Positions 37,742 to 50,300 of a stretch of 64,000 nt of DNA are shown here, in pieces. Numbering within the stretch: position 1 is the first letter of the stretch; each line of letters opens with the position of its first letter. The position numbers and the translations under genes were made by a program. Origin of the DNA: a virus (taxonomy: Duplodnaviria > Caudoviricetes); IMG/VR virus record IMGVR_UViG_3300040811_001959; one strand, written 5' to 3'. A model generated the notes under the pieces. That model ran no database searches. It saw only the letters and a program-made list of their open reading frames with translations, and had not been told where the DNA came from.

Positions 37742-37749
37742 ATATTTAT
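37742..37749 (-). promoter_or_regulatory. Late promoter-like motif ATAAATAT
   Basis: In the 37-nt gap upstream of the 2697-aa gene, before SD GGAG. Confidence 0.55.
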
Positions 37750-37758
37750 TATATTTTT

Positions 37759-40700
37759 TCATCTCAGTGCATCTCTAAAATAATATGATAAAGCTAACGG
37801 ACTACCTTTAACACCTTTATTTTGTGCTCCTATAAAATCTGCTCTTGTATTAACATTTAATTTAAATCCTGTCGTTGTACTAAAAATATTTTCATTTGTA
37901 CCAGCACGGACTTGACCAGCTATTAACTCGTTAGTTAAAACTTCGCCACCGCCTGCACTAATTCTTGATTCAATAAAGGTTACTACAGCTCTTTGAGTAG
38001 GTATGATATTATCAGAATCTGCATAAAAATTTACATCTGTAGAAAATTCTCTAATTACTGTACCTGATCCACCTAACCTTACTCCACCTAATGCTAGTTC
38101 AGACAACCCATCTAATGAAAAGAAATCTGCACTAATAGTTACAATACCAGTAGCTTGTTCTACAGCAAATAATTCTCCTGTCCTAAAGTTACCGTCTTGA
38201 TCTGTTGAAACATAAAATACTCTTCCTCCTCCATTTTCTATTACTTCTTGTTCTGGTTTAGCAATAAAAAAGGCTCCTTCGGCATAAAGAGCAGGATAGT
38301 TTGTATCAACAAAATTACCAGTTCCAATATCTAAAAAGTCGTGACCTGTAATTCTACACTGCGAATATCTTTCTCTTATTTCAATTGATCTATTATGTGT
38401 CAATAAATCTTTATTTTGAATTTTTGGACTGATCCTAAAGTCTGCTCTCAATGTTCCTGCTATACTACCATCTGATCCTAAAGGATCTATAGTTACAAGT
38501 GTAAAAATTCGTAAATCATCAGGATTTTCTTCGTCATAAATTCCATCTATGCGAAGTTGCGCACCTGGACCTGGATAGACGGTTAAACCATCGACAAAAA
38601 TATCTACATCATTAGATGGTATCCTATCTGCATACCCGTTACCTGATATAGTAACTCGAGTTGTACTAGATCTGTAACCAATTCCTCTATTTATAAATGT
38701 AGGTTGTGGTAAAACATAGTTACCTATCCGTGTAGTAACAAAAGCTTGAGACACCCATGAATTGTCAACAATTTCTAGCTCATAATCGTTACCATTTATA
38801 TACCCACTACCTGGATCCCATATAACGATTGCATCTATAGTAGAACTATCAACTTTTGCTCTTGCAAGTGCTCTTTTACCTGTTTGTATAAGCAAAATAT
38901 CACTATCATTATTTGAAATTAATCCATAATGAAACCCTGAATTGCCCTTGTATCCAAAGCTTATAGCAGACCATACGTTAAACGAAGGTAGTGTTTGTTC
39001 AGTCCAATCTATACCGTTTTCAGAAACTGCTAAAATATTTGAATTTGCAGTCCCTGTTATAAAATATAAACCATTTGAATTTTGTATTTTATTATAAGAG
39101 CCAGCAGGCGTACTGTATTCCACCCATCCATTTATAGATTCTGAAATAGATACAAGTAGTCTTCCTTCAGTTGTTAAAGCTATGATGTGTCCAGCGTTAG
39201 ATGTAATACTTATGAATTCGTGTGGTAACCCTGGTTGTTCAGGATCTGGTTGATTCAACGGAGTTGAATCCGCTTCAACCGTCCATATAATGTCTTCTGT
39301 ATCTTCGTCCCAGACTCCTAAAGCTATTGCCCTTGCATCTGATAAAGCAATAAATTTATTGTATTCATACGTAAGTACTGTCCAATCTGTTGTAACTGAA
39401 TTAGGAATTTCAGAACTAGCCCATGATGTACCATTAGTTGAGTAAAATGCAGTGCTTGAATTTGTCAAAATAACAAATATTCCGTCTCCGTACGCAATAT
39501 CTTTTATATTTCGTGTAGAAGGTAGGCTTGCTTGACCCCAGTTTGTTCCTGTTCTTGAGTAGGCAATAGTTGAACTTGTTCCATAAGGAATGCATATAAA
39601 AATTCCATTTCCATTTATAATTTTACTCCATGCTTGAATTAAAGGTAAAAATATTTCTGTCCAAGTTTTTCCATCTATAGAGTACCCAGAGAAGTTACCA
39701 TCTGAAACAACCATCCATTTTCCTTCTAATCCTTCTCCTGTAATCTGGATATTTGTAATAGTAGATGTGCTGTCATCTGTAACTTCTAAAACTTTTATTG
39801 TTAGATCATTTATGTCTACTTCTCCACCTAACTGATCTCCTTTTATTACAAAAATATCATCTACTGCATATCCGGCTCCACCGTTTAAAATATCAACTGA
39901 ATACTCTTTGCCTTGTTTTGTTACTCGAAAATTAGCCCTTAACGGAATAATTCCAACTACTTCACCATTGCCAAAGTCTAAAGATATGTTGTAAATTTCG
40001 GTTGTAGGCCCCCAGATTACGTCAGTCCATAATTTAGAATTACTTAAAAGTTCGGCAGTTACTGAAAATCCTGGATGTGGTACAATTATCCTAGGTTCAA
40101 TTGAATATGACGTACTTGCTGTAAGTAACGGTGCAATTGTTGTTCCTGGAACAATATGATCCCATCCTGGTTGATCGTCAGATTCTCTATAAATTGTTGC
40201 CGTCCTGTAATTTTGAGATAAATCATCATCCTCGTAAGCTTGTATGTACCCATATTGTCCTGTACCAGGTCCTGATGTAATGACTAGACGTTGTCCTACA
40301 TAATCATCTGCTGTAAATAAATCAGTTGCTGATAACTTTATATCTAAATCTGTTCCTAACTGAGCATTGTTTTTTCGAATAGTATATCCTAATCCTCCTA
40401 TCCTTGTACTATCTTGCGGTTCTTGTAATCTAAACTCAAAAATTCCGCCTTGCCGAAAACTGTTATATTCGCTCTGCACAAAATTTCCTGATCCTACTAC
40501 TGTTGCAGAAGCATTTGTATAATTTTCTCCGCAATGTGCATATTCAAATATTAGTAATCTGTCTAATTCTCCACTATCATCTGAAATTTCTCCAGCAAAA
40601 GCCTGATAAACTGAGGCTTCGGTCGTCCTTGTGTTAACGGTTGCATATCTAGGAGTTTCAGCATCGTCGATTCCGAGCGCAACTGATCCATACTCTCCGT

Positions 40701-43194
40701 AACTATTATTACCGTTAGTTGCTCTTATTGTTCCGCCATTTTCTGCAAGATATCCTACATAGCAATAATAGGTAAAAACACTTACTAATTCTACCCGGCC
40801 TCTATTTAAAATATATGCTCCAATTCCGTCACTTAATACTTGGGTAAAATCATTTGCTACCATTGATCTATTACCGCCATTGTGTAATATTCCGTCAATG
40901 TGTGCGCCTATACATCCAGTACCTATTGTTGTTACTCCTTGAACATACGGAGATCTATTATTAATCCATGCTTCTTCGTGGGCAGGTCCCCAACCTGGAT
41001 CTAAGCTAACAAATGCTCCGCCAGTAACTCTTGTTGTATTAATAAGAGGTGCTGCTCCGGTCAATTGCCCTACTAATCCTTCAGTAGTACAATTTCGTAA
41101 TCCAGTGATGTCTCGTACATAAAACATATTTGTATGTTTAGATCCAATTATTTGATTAGCTAATAGAGTAGAATATCTAATAGCTTTATAATTTCCAACA
41201 TAGTTAAAATCGTAAATAAATCCATTTAAAAACATTTCAATGTCTAATTTTATTTTATCTGGATCAATTTCATCGGACAAAGTTGTTGCAGTAATCAAAC
41301 ACTCTTGTGTAAGGAATTCATAATTATTAATTATTAGAGAACGTGCTCGTTGAAAGCTTTCTGAACTTATATTATTTGTGCCAGTAAGTTCTATATTTGA
41401 CGGACTACCTTGTACAATTGATGTAATATTTTCTTCTATATTTGCAAATAAATTATTCATTAAATTTATTACAACTGTTGGATCCTCAATTTCTAGTTCA
41501 GGAAAAACTTGTACTGCTGTATTGCCTAATTGCGGCGATATATTTTCTCCGTTAATCAGAGAAGGAAAAATTGTAGCTAAATGATTTAAATATGCTATTG
41601 TAACTTCACTATCGTCAAACCCTGTATTATTTGGTAATATAGAAACAGATCTAAGCTCGTCGCCCATTACTACTGTCATTTTAGGAATTACAATTGGCAA
41701 TACTTCTTCGTATCTTCCTGTACTTACAGAAATTTTGCAAGGCATTATGTTATTTTCTTCAACAAATCTGCAAGCATATTGTATAGTTCTAAATGCGTGA
41801 TATGGATCTAAACCTCTTCCTCGAGCATCAATACCAGTTGGTGATACATATACAACAGTTGTTTCTGTTTGATGCAACGTTCTCCAGAACAATCTAAAAT
41901 CGTCACTAACAGATAATAACTGATCTAACTCTCCAATTCTCAAGCCTGTTGGCCCAATTGTGCTATTATCACCTACTGCTTCTCTTTGGAAATCGTAGGT
42001 AAGTAAGTCACCAAAAAAGTTCATTCCTGCTTCACTACCAGATTGTACAATTAAATCCCAGTAAAAAAAACCTTTGCCATTGTCGCCTGGAAAATTATCT
42101 CCATTTGATAAATGAGGACTGTTACATTTCCATGATTGGCCTAGGTAATAAATTATATCATTTATAAAATATTGTACATTTATCCTCCAAAAATTTGCCC
42201 ATTTTTGTCCAGGTATAAATACTTTCCATTTTGTTTCGTCTAAGACTTCTTCGTAATTTTGTCCTTCTAAAATAGCTTGACATTCATATAACTCGCCGCC
42301 AAACAGAGCAAGATCACCGGGTTTATACTGATTTCCTATAATGTAGTTACCGGTTATAGAATTAGAGGAAACCAATTTGTTCCAATAGGCTACACTATCA
42401 TCTGTATTTGTCGGAGCAACATTTACGTTACTAGCAAGACATACATACCACGAACCACCAAATTGCACTGTATCACCTGCACCGTAATATGTGCTTGCAG
42501 TCCATTCGTCTGCATATACATATCCAGGTATAGCTACTTCAAAATTGTGTCGATAAAAGTTAGGTCCTGACACATGTGATACAATAACAACATATATTGA
42601 TCCACCAAAATTTACATAATCATTTTTTTTATAAAAAATTCCTTCTGTGTAATCTCCTATAAATTGATGACCATCTGTAAATAAATTCCATTTTGTTTCG
42701 TCATCTTCTAACAGTGTTCCAGAAGTATGAGACGTAATACATCTATAATTCAAACCGCTATATTTTACAATTGCACCTGCTCCAAAAACTTTATTTGGTT
42801 CCCAGTCCTTAACATATTCACTGCCAGTAATAAAAACATTCCATTTGCTTATGTCATTTGAAAATGCTCCTGAAAAATGTCCATCATTGCACAACCATAA
42901 CGATCCGTCAAATAGAACAATATCTCCTTGTTGATATTGATAAGAATTCTGCCATCTTCCTATAAAAGCTTGACTGCCGGTCATTACTTTCCAATGTATG
43001 TCTGGTAAAGGAGGATTGCTATTCGGAACGATTGCTTCTAAATCTACGTTAAAATCAGCATTTGAAACATGTTGCTTAAAACAAACATAAGTTTTTGCTC
43101 CTACTCTTACTACATCGTCTTTATTGTAGCTATAATTTGGCTGCCATTCACCTAACCAATTATATTTGAATCTTTCTAGTTTAAATTCTGACAT
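37759..43194 (-). CDS. Giant virion fibre/baseplate-associated protein (1811 aa), paralog of the 2697-aa protein
   Basis: Starts MSEFKLERFKYNW (cf. MAEFKLGRIRFVW); shares 'GDELRSV', 'SLDPGWGP', 'NDFTQV.SDGIG', 'YSQ.R.TGHDFLDIGTGNF..TNYP', 'TQRA', 'G.PLAL.Y'. Confidence 0.75.
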   Translation of the reverse strand: MSEFKLERFKYNWLGEWQPNYSYNKDDVVRVGAKTYVCFKQHVSNADFNVDLEAIVPNSNPPLPDIHWKVMTGSQAFIGRWQNSYQYQQGDIVLFDGSLWLCNDGHFSGAFSNDISKWNVFITGSEYVKDWEPNKVFGAGAIVKYSGLNYRCITSHTSGTLLEDDETKWNLFTDGHQFIGDYTEGIFYKKNDYVNFGGSIYVVIVSHVSGPNFYRHNFEVAIPGYVYADEWTASTYYGAGDTVQFGGSWYVCLASNVNVAPTNTDDSVAYWNKLVSSNSITGNYIIGNQYKPGDLALFGGELYECQAILEGQNYEEVLDETKWKVFIPGQKWANFWRINVQYFINDIIYYLGQSWKCNSPHLSNGDNFPGDNGKGFFYWDLIVQSGSEAGMNFFGDLLTYDFQREAVGDNSTIGPTGLRIGELDQLLSVSDDFRLFWRTLHQTETTVVYVSPTGIDARGRGLDPYHAFRTIQYACRFVEENNIMPCKISVSTGRYEEVLPIVIPKMTVVMGDELRSVSILPNNTGFDDSEVTIAYLNHLATIFPSLINGENISPQLGNTAVQVFPELEIEDPTVVINLMNNLFANIEENITSIVQGSPSNIELTGTNNISSESFQRARSLIINNYEFLTQECLITATTLSDEIDPDKIKLDIEMFLNGFIYDFNYVGNYKAIRYSTLLANQIIGSKHTNMFYVRDITGLRNCTTEGLVGQLTGAAPLINTTRVTGGAFVSLDPGWGPAHEEAWINNRSPYVQGVTTIGTGCIGAHIDGILHNGGNRSMVANDFTQVLSDGIGAYILNRGRVELVSVFTYYCYVGYLAENGGTIRATNGNNSYGEYGSVALGIDDAETPRYATVNTRTTEASVYQAFAGEISDDSGELDRLLIFEYAHCGENYTNASATVVGSGNFVQSEYNSFRQGGIFEFRLQEPQDSTRIGGLGYTIRKNNAQLGTDLDIKLSATDLFTADDYVGQRLVITSGPGTGQYGYIQAYEDDDLSQNYRTATIYRESDDQPGWDHIVPGTTIAPLLTASTSYSIEPRIIVPHPGFSVTAELLSNSKLWTDVIWGPTTEIYNISLDFGNGEVVGIIPLRANFRVTKQGKEYSVDILNGGAGYAVDDIFVIKGDQLGGEVDINDLTIKVLEVTDDSTSTITNIQITGEGLEGKWMVVSDGNFSGYSIDGKTWTEIFLPLIQAWSKIINGNGIFICIPYGTSSTIAYSRTGTNWGQASLPSTRNIKDIAYGDGIFVILTNSSTAFYSTNGTSWASSEIPNSVTTDWTVLTYEYNKFIALSDARAIALGVWDEDTEDIIWTVEADSTPLNQPDPEQPGLPHEFISITSNAGHIIALTTEGRLLVSISESINGWVEYSTPAGSYNKIQNSNGLYFITGTANSNILAVSENGIDWTEQTLPSFNVWSAISFGYKGNSGFHYGLISNNDSDILLIQTGKRALARAKVDSSTIDAIVIWDPGSGYINGNDYELEIVDNSWVSQAFVTTRIGNYVLPQPTFINRGIGYRSSTTRVTISGNGYADRIPSNDVDIFVDGLTVYPGPGAQLRIDGIYDEENPDDLRIFTLVTIDPLGSDGSIAGTLRADFRISPKIQNKDLLTHNRSIEIRERYSQCRITGHDFLDIGTGNFVDTNYPALYAEGAFFIAKPEQEVIENGGGRVFYVSTDQDGNFRTGELFAVEQATGIVTISADFFSLDGLSELALGGVRLGGSGTVIREFSTDVNFYADSDNIIPTQRAVVTFIESRISAGGGEVLTNELIAGQVRAGTNENIFSTTTGFKLNVNTRADFIGAQNKGVKGSPLALSYYFRDALR

Positions 43195-43197
43195 ATT

Positions 43198-43572
43198 TTA
43201 ATAACCTTCTGTAGATATTCCTTCTTCATAAACATGATTTCTATTAATTTTTATAGACAACCTGCCATTAATATCAATGTAATAACTTAAAAATCTATTA
43301 TCCCATTTTAATTGCGGGTATCTTAAATTAGGATATTCAATTTCATGATCGATTGTAATGCCTTCTAAGAAATCAATACCTTCTTCAAAAAAAGGATAAT
43401 TGTCATCTCCAGTACCAATTTCATTAATTACAATTTCATCATCATCTGTTCCTAACTGATCTATTGAAATAAAAAATAATTCACCGTCTTCGTTCCTTCG
43501 TAGTCCATATAGATATCTTTTTATAAAACTTTGGTTGATATCAGACGGTGTAATTCCAATAAAATAGCTCAT
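43198..43572 (-). CDS. Hypothetical acidic protein in the structural operon
   Basis: 124 aa, 3-nt gap to the next gene, SD AAGGA. Confidence 0.6.
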   Translation of the reverse strand: MSYFIGITPSDINQSFIKRYLYGLRRNEDGELFFISIDQLGTDDDEIVINEIGTGDDNYPFFEEGIDFLEGITIDHEIEYPNLRYPQLKWDNRFLSYYIDINGRLSIKINRNHVYEEGISTEGY

Positions 43573-43581
43573 AACTTTTCC

Positions 43582-43908
43582 TTAAATTGTCACATAACTT
43601 ACAATAACATCTATAGAATTTTCTGTACTAGATTGAACGTAGACTGAACTATTTTCTGTCAGAATTAATTTTTCTCCTGTAGAAATTAATCTTAAACTTG
43701 TGCCTGATGCTATTACAGTATTTTTTAAATAGAATACAGATGTATTAGTAGAATCTTCTAAAATAACACTTGCATTAATTAATGTAGGAGAAATATTTGT
43801 TAAACTTAATCCAATAACAGTAGCATTTACTTTAGTACCGGTAGATAATACAGAGACTGGCGTTTGACCAATATTACCAATTATGTTATTTTGTATTTGT
43901 GTTGGCAT
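43582..43908 (-). CDS. Small beta-rich virion protein (similar to 29280-29600)
   Basis: 108 aa; 'TVIGLSLTN', 'SL....GEKLIL......V.S....S.DVIVSY'. Confidence 0.55.
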   Translation of the reverse strand: MPTQIQNNIIGNIGQTPVSVLSTGTKVNATVIGLSLTNISPTLINASVILEDSTNTSVFYLKNTVIASGTSLRLISTGEKLILTENSSVYVQSSTENSIDVIVSYVTI

Positions 43909-43932
43909 AATTAACCCAATTAAACTATATTG

Positions 43933-43940
43933 TATTTATA
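43933..43940 (-). promoter_or_regulatory. T4 late promoter consensus TATAAATA
   Basis: Exact consensus on the minus strand 25 nt upstream of the 43908 ATG. Confidence 0.65.
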
Positions 43941-43956
43941 GTAATAATTATGTTAA

Positions 43957-44388
43957 TTAATCGTCGACTACTGCACCACGATAAAAATCAAGGGTCATTA
44001 GATACTGATAAGCCTGTGTAAGTTCATTATTTAGATTATTAATATCTAATAAAAACATGCATCTTGAATCGTATGCTGCATGTCCTACATGTTGGCCGTA
44101 TTCATTATCTGTAGGATACATGCCTATAAAACCTACAGGACGCATACCTTTTTCTTTATCTTTTTTTGATGCCCAAACAGTTATTGCAATAGTGCAAACA
44201 TAGCCAGCTTTCCAAAGAACTTCAGGGCCTTTGTCTCCTACTTCTGTAAAGCCAGATTCAGTTGAATCGTCTGGTGGGGGTAAAATGTCACTTACTCTTT
44301 TTTGGGTTGATATTTGTGTAATTACATGATATGCATTTGGTATTGTATATGATGTACCTGCTAGAGTATAATCTTTTATTAAAGCCAT
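43957..44388 (-). CDS. Putative tail fibre assembly / accessory protein
   Basis: 143 aa, coupled (TAATG) to the chaperone-bearing fibre; C-term 'QAYQYL.TL..Y..A.DD'. Confidence 0.45.
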   Translation of the reverse strand: MALIKDYTLAGTSYTIPNAYHVITQISTQKRVSDILPPPDDSTESGFTEVGDKGPEVLWKAGYVCTIAITVWASKKDKEKGMRPVGFIGMYPTDNEYGQHVGHAAYDSRCMFLLDINNLNNELTQAYQYLMTLDFYRGAVVDD

Positions 44389-47300
44389 TATTTAATCCTG
44401 TCTAATAATTTATTTACTAAATCTTTTAATTCTATAATTTCATTTTCTAATTTATCAATTTTTTTCTGCTGGGTTTTAATTGCTTCAATAAAAACACCTG
44501 CCATTTTTCCATAATCAACACCATATTGGTCAATATCAGCTGCGTAGGTTACAACTTCAGGAAGTATTTTTTCAACATCTTGTGCAATCACTCCTACCTT
44601 GCGGGTTTTTGCTTCGTCATCTTTGCGATTATAATACACCCCTTGTAATTTTAATACAATGTTTAAAGCATCGTCAACTGCTACAACATTTTCTTTTAAT
44701 CTTGCATCAGAATACGCTACAATATCACCGGTGCTATAAACTGCTTTGTCTACATATAACCCATAACTACTACTTGTTGTGCTTGTATTAATTCCTGTAC
44801 AATTATTATTCCTGTTATGATAAAGATACCACCGTGATGTAGAATTATTATTAAAATAAATTCCACCGTTGCCTCCCGAGTCACCCATGTAATGCATGTA
44901 ACTGTATGAATCTAGAAAACCGCCATACCCTCCCCTACTCCCATTCATTCTCCACGGTGTATACGATGTTAGAGTATTTGGATACCAATGTGCGTCGTTT
45001 GCATTAGAATAGATGCCTTGGGTGCCAAAATTCATCCAATTACCGGAATAATTATAACCACTACTTCCGTTAACTTGAAATACTACTGTATCTGAATCAT
45101 AATCGCTTGTAAATCGAACGCCATTGTAGCTGCTATTTGCTCCTATTTTTATTCCCGTATGATAATTAATACGTAAATCAGGATACGGTGTAGACCATGC
45201 ACCTCCTTCTTGATATAAAGCATAGGCATGAGCACTAGCTGATGCTGGTTTTCCACTGTCTTGACCAGTTTTGTAAAACCAAAGTGTTCCTACGCTAACA
45301 TCATAATTATCAGCTCCACTTACTGAGGTACCAAGTGCTGGAAAATGTTTTCCGTCAAGTGTGTCAGCATCTAGTCCTGAACTAGGACCATCATTACCTG
45401 CATGCCATACCGTATAGGCATTGCTTTCTGCAGTGTATTGCAATCCATTTATTCCATCATTTATATCTAAATATTCATCAGTTCTGTCATTATATAGCCG
45501 CAATGAACTGTTATTTACATATTGAATATATGCTCTTCTAGTAGTATCTTGCCAAAAAGATATATAAGGATTGCCTGTAGTGCTTTGAGTTTGAATTTTT
45601 ATCTGTTCATCACCATTTCTACGTAGAGTTAATAATCCAGTTGATGTATCATCTGCGTCACTCCTTATAAATGATCCACTATCAAGTCCGTCTACAGTAT
45701 CAGCATCTAAACCACTGCCTGTTCCATCATTACCTGCATGCCAAACAGTGTTGCCTAGGATTGTCATTCCGGCACCTGTACCTCCTAAACTGATAGTATT
45801 TGACCAACTAGGTATTGTTCCGTTGCTAACAAGTACAGTATCGCTCAGTCCTATATTCAATTGTGTCAAGCTGTTGTTAGAACCACTGTAAATCAAATCT
45901 CCTTGAGAATACGTTGTAAGTCCTGTACCACCTTGAGCAATTCCTATTGCTGCTGATTGGTTTGTAGGATCTAAGAAATATGCTGCACTAAATCCTCCTA
46001 ACAATCCTGCATCAATTACTCCTGATTTGACACTTACTTTTCCGTTAGTCACTGTAAATTGACTTTTAAGAAAGCTAGATAATCCTTCTGAACTATAGGT
46101 ATTATCATTGGGATTTGATGCTTGATCAGAAGCTCGTGTAATATCAATTACTAATGAATTATAATAATAATTGATATTACTTGTTGTAAAATAATCTCCT
46201 GTAAATGTTATTGGACTATTAGTATTTGGTCTAATATTCTGGAGTGCATATTGCCAAGAACTGTCTCCCCTAAGGAACGTTTTATTAGATGCAGAGCCTG
46301 CTGCTGCTAATCTAGAGGTTGTTATAACGCCACTAACAATGTTTGATGCATCTATAGTAGATTGAGCTATTCCGCTCCAGTTGGTTGCAACAGAACTTGA
46401 ATAATTGTAAGCCCCAATTACTTTAACGTTTTGCTCTCTTACTGATAAAGTACCAGCACCTACATCTGTAATATCAACTGCTGATGTTGTAGCTCCGTTG
46501 ACACTGCTTGTTGCATCTGCTACGTTATTGTGTAAACTAAAAGAATTTGTTGTAACACTACCTATCCAGTAAGAACTAAAATCATTTAAACCTCCGGGCA
46601 TTAATGAAGAGCTCGATAGTCTAACTGGAGTTCCAACAGTTAGTCCATGGCTAGGGTATATTATCCTATTTTCGTCAACATTTATTTCATATCTTGTTAG
46701 ATTGTGTGATCCGGTGCTTGATCCACTTAAACTTACTGCAGTTCCACTAGTAAAAGCATAATTTGTATATAGTTCAATTGAATCTGTTGTTATAACTTTT
46801 ACAAAATATGTCGTATTATTAGTGAGTCCTGTAATTGTTAAATTACCTCCATTACTATACCTAACCGGATCGCCGTCAGCAAATCCGTGCGCTGTTATAT
46901 TAATGTAATTATTAGCGTAATCAACATCACCGCTTTGAGCAATATCAGCGGCATTAAATGATTTTACAATCGATCCTGTTTGATTGACTCCAAAGATTGG
47001 AGCATTTGCATCAGTTATATAGTCTGGAATAGCAGCACTAGGAGAAAATTTAATATAACTACCTGTTAACTCTAAGAACAATCTATTTTGGATAGAAGTT
47101 ACAACTCCGGCAAAACCGCTGCCAGTTCCGCTGAAATCTGCATTTGAAACTGTTATAGTATCGCCTACTGTCCAATATTCACTCGCATCAACTATATCAA
47201 TATTTGTAATTACACCATTTGATACTGTAACATTACCAAGAGTATTACTGGCTCCGTTTCCGTATAACACTGCATTGTAGACAATAGTGTTTCCTCCATT

Positions 47301-50300
47301 GCTATATCCTGATCCTCCATTAGTTATATTAAGTGTGTACAAGATACCAAGTCTTAAAGGACTAACAGAACCAGTTCCTGTTGGACCATTAACCAAATTA
47401 CCTTCTGCACCTGAAACTGCTCCTATAACACTCACCGTTGTGCTAAAATTATAACTTTGTGAAGGGTCTAATACTAGAAATTGATTTGTGTTATCATTGT
47501 TTAGAAAATAATTTTCAACAATTGTTGTTACTGGTCCTACAACTGTTGGAACTGAAGCTGCACCAAGAAATGTACCATTATCTATCAATTGATTAGATGT
47601 ATTAAATGTGCCTGTTGGATTTACAAGTATTAAAGTTGTACCGTTGATAACAGCTTCTTTAACAGTACCAGATGCTCCACTGCTATCTTGAATTAAGAAC
47701 ACGCCTTTAACAATGTATGTTGCTGATGTAAGAGTTAATTCTATTTGATCATATGTTTCACTTGCATTATCACCTGATAGAATTTCTGTTACAGGTACTG
47801 TATTCCATAATGTAAACCTACCTTCGTATGAATCTACATTGTAAGTGGTTACACCTCGACTAGGAGGTAATAAATCTGCGTTTATTTGTCCTTGACTATT
47901 TAGTAATACTAAAGCACCAGGAACAGCATTAGAACTAGCTTGTTTATCTAACACATCACCTAATCTATTAGCAAAAAAACTCCGCACTGCAAGTTGCGTT
48001 GATAATCTACTATTAAGAGCTCCGCCTGGCTCATTGTCGCCTAGATCAACATCAGTAGATATAGCATCAACTTCAACATCTGATAACGACAACTTCAAAA
48101 CTGCTAATGTTGTAATTTGGACTTCTGTCCTAAAAATGATATTACCAGATTTATTTTCAGCAACAATAAAATCGCCAACTTTAAAATCACCTAATTCATT
48201 TGTACCTGAACTGTAAACTCTACCTGGTAATTCTGATATCTGCTCAAAAGATGCACCTCTTCCTAAACCACCGTTTTGTGGTAATGCATTGTAGTCAATT
48301 CCTGATCCGGCATATTCCCATGTATGAGCCGACGAGTTTACAATACTTGGACGATGGAAATTTATTTTTTGTAATAATGCCTGGGCATATTGCAGAAAAG
48401 TATTTCCTTCAACTGTAGATTGAATTTGAAACTGTGAAGTCCATAAATCTGTACGTGATGCGGTACCTGCAACACCAATATTGCTTGAACTTCCATTAAT
48501 GCTAGTTATAGAGCTAGTTGCAGACCAAAACACTCGTTGTTGTAATTCATTTATAACGCTGTACTCTACTGATACAACTAAAACATTTGTTGCGCTATTG
48601 TATGAATAAACATAAGCATTATTTTCAAATCCATCTGTTTCTCCAACTATTGAATCACCAGGAGAAAAACTGTATGTTCCAGGATCTAAATTTAATGTTT
48701 GATAATTATTGTGATAATCTATCATCCTATCGACAAAAAATTCTTCTGGAAAAAGCAACAGTTTGTGATTACCTACACCAACTGCTGTAATATCTATTTG
48801 AGCTAATAATCCTTCGTCATTGTATAATTCAATAGTATCTTCATCAATAGTTTTTATGTAATAGATAGCCTGATCAACTAAACCAGGAATATCAATATTA
48901 CCGTCATTGCTGTACTGTGCAGGTGTACTATCTAATATACCATGTCCTACAATTGTTATTTGGTTTAAAGTTGCATCAATGTCAACTGCTGCATCAAATG
49001 TCTTAATTGGCTGTACGGCCTTGAAACTACTTGTTATATCTAAATTTGTAGTAGCATCTTTAATTCTAATTACAAATTGTTCAATAACTCTTCTTCCTGT
49101 TCCAATAGAAGTTATTGTAAAAACACCATTTGATGTTCCTATGTTTGCAATCAAACCTCTATCAAATGTAAAACTATTTTGGCTATAACCTGTTGCTCGT
49201 AAAGCAAAATAACCAAAGTTTGTGGCTGAGTTTGTAATAGATAAGTATCCACCAGACTGGCAGTATGAACCATTTAGGCAAAATATTTGAAAACAAGATA
49301 CAATTTGGGCATATCCGTCATTAGTTACAAGCCATCCTGTACCGCCAAATGATACCATTGTGAAAGCGTTAGCAACCATAGATTTACCTTGTTCAGGCAC
49401 ACCATCTGTTAAATTAACTGGAAATTCTGCTTCGTCTGGAAATTGAGGAATGTTAGGAGTAAGAACTTTTGATCCGTCAACTTTGACTCCATTGCCGCCT
49501 AAGAATGATATTATTGATGAATTTTGAATATATGGAGATAAAGTTATAGTTGGTTTATCTTTAGACAGACCAAAATATCCTGTCCTATCAACTGAACTAT
49601 CAGTAGGATCATCAAATGCTACCGCAAAATCAAATGTGTAATCTGGACGCAAATCATTATCAAGGCCATCTCGGAAAGTGATGCCAGTGAGATATGCTCC
49701 ATTCCTTACCCTAAACATATCTTTATTTGCATTCAATGGTCGAATAACAACTGCTCGCAAACTATCTCCTACAACAGAAACTAGATCTGGAATAATAATA
49801 GGATTGTCTACATAAAAATCTCCACTAGCAACATTTACTGTAACTGGAATAGTCCTAAAAGATGCTGCTGTAACTGTTCCACTATATGCAGTTTCTGTGT
49901 CTAATATATCTACAATGATATTGTATAATGCTAAAATATCAGTTTCTGTAGTTGAAGCAGTAAGAGCAGGATATTTTACTTGCTGTACTATATTCTGATA
50001 TTTTGCTGGATGATCTGCACTGTTAATAATGCTAATACTTAAATCTCTTATGAATTTTATAGATTCAACAGTTGCTGTTTTTTGATTGTTTATTACTTCA
50101 GTAACTGTTAAATAGCTTTCTCCTGCTTCAACGGATTTTTCATTTCCGCCTAGGATTAAATCAAAAACAACAGCATCAACAATTAATCCTACGTCTCTTT
50201 CGCATGTTGCTGAATTGTAAGTTAGGTTATTGTAAGTTGTAGTTATAAAATTTATTGTGGCCGAAATAGTTGTTCCTCTTAAGTTTTGAACATTTGTAAA

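Noticed and set aside
45355-45755. Duplicated VWHAGNDG..SGLDADT.DG motif as a novel element
   Set aside because: A common junction repeat of phage tail fibres; noted in the feature only.
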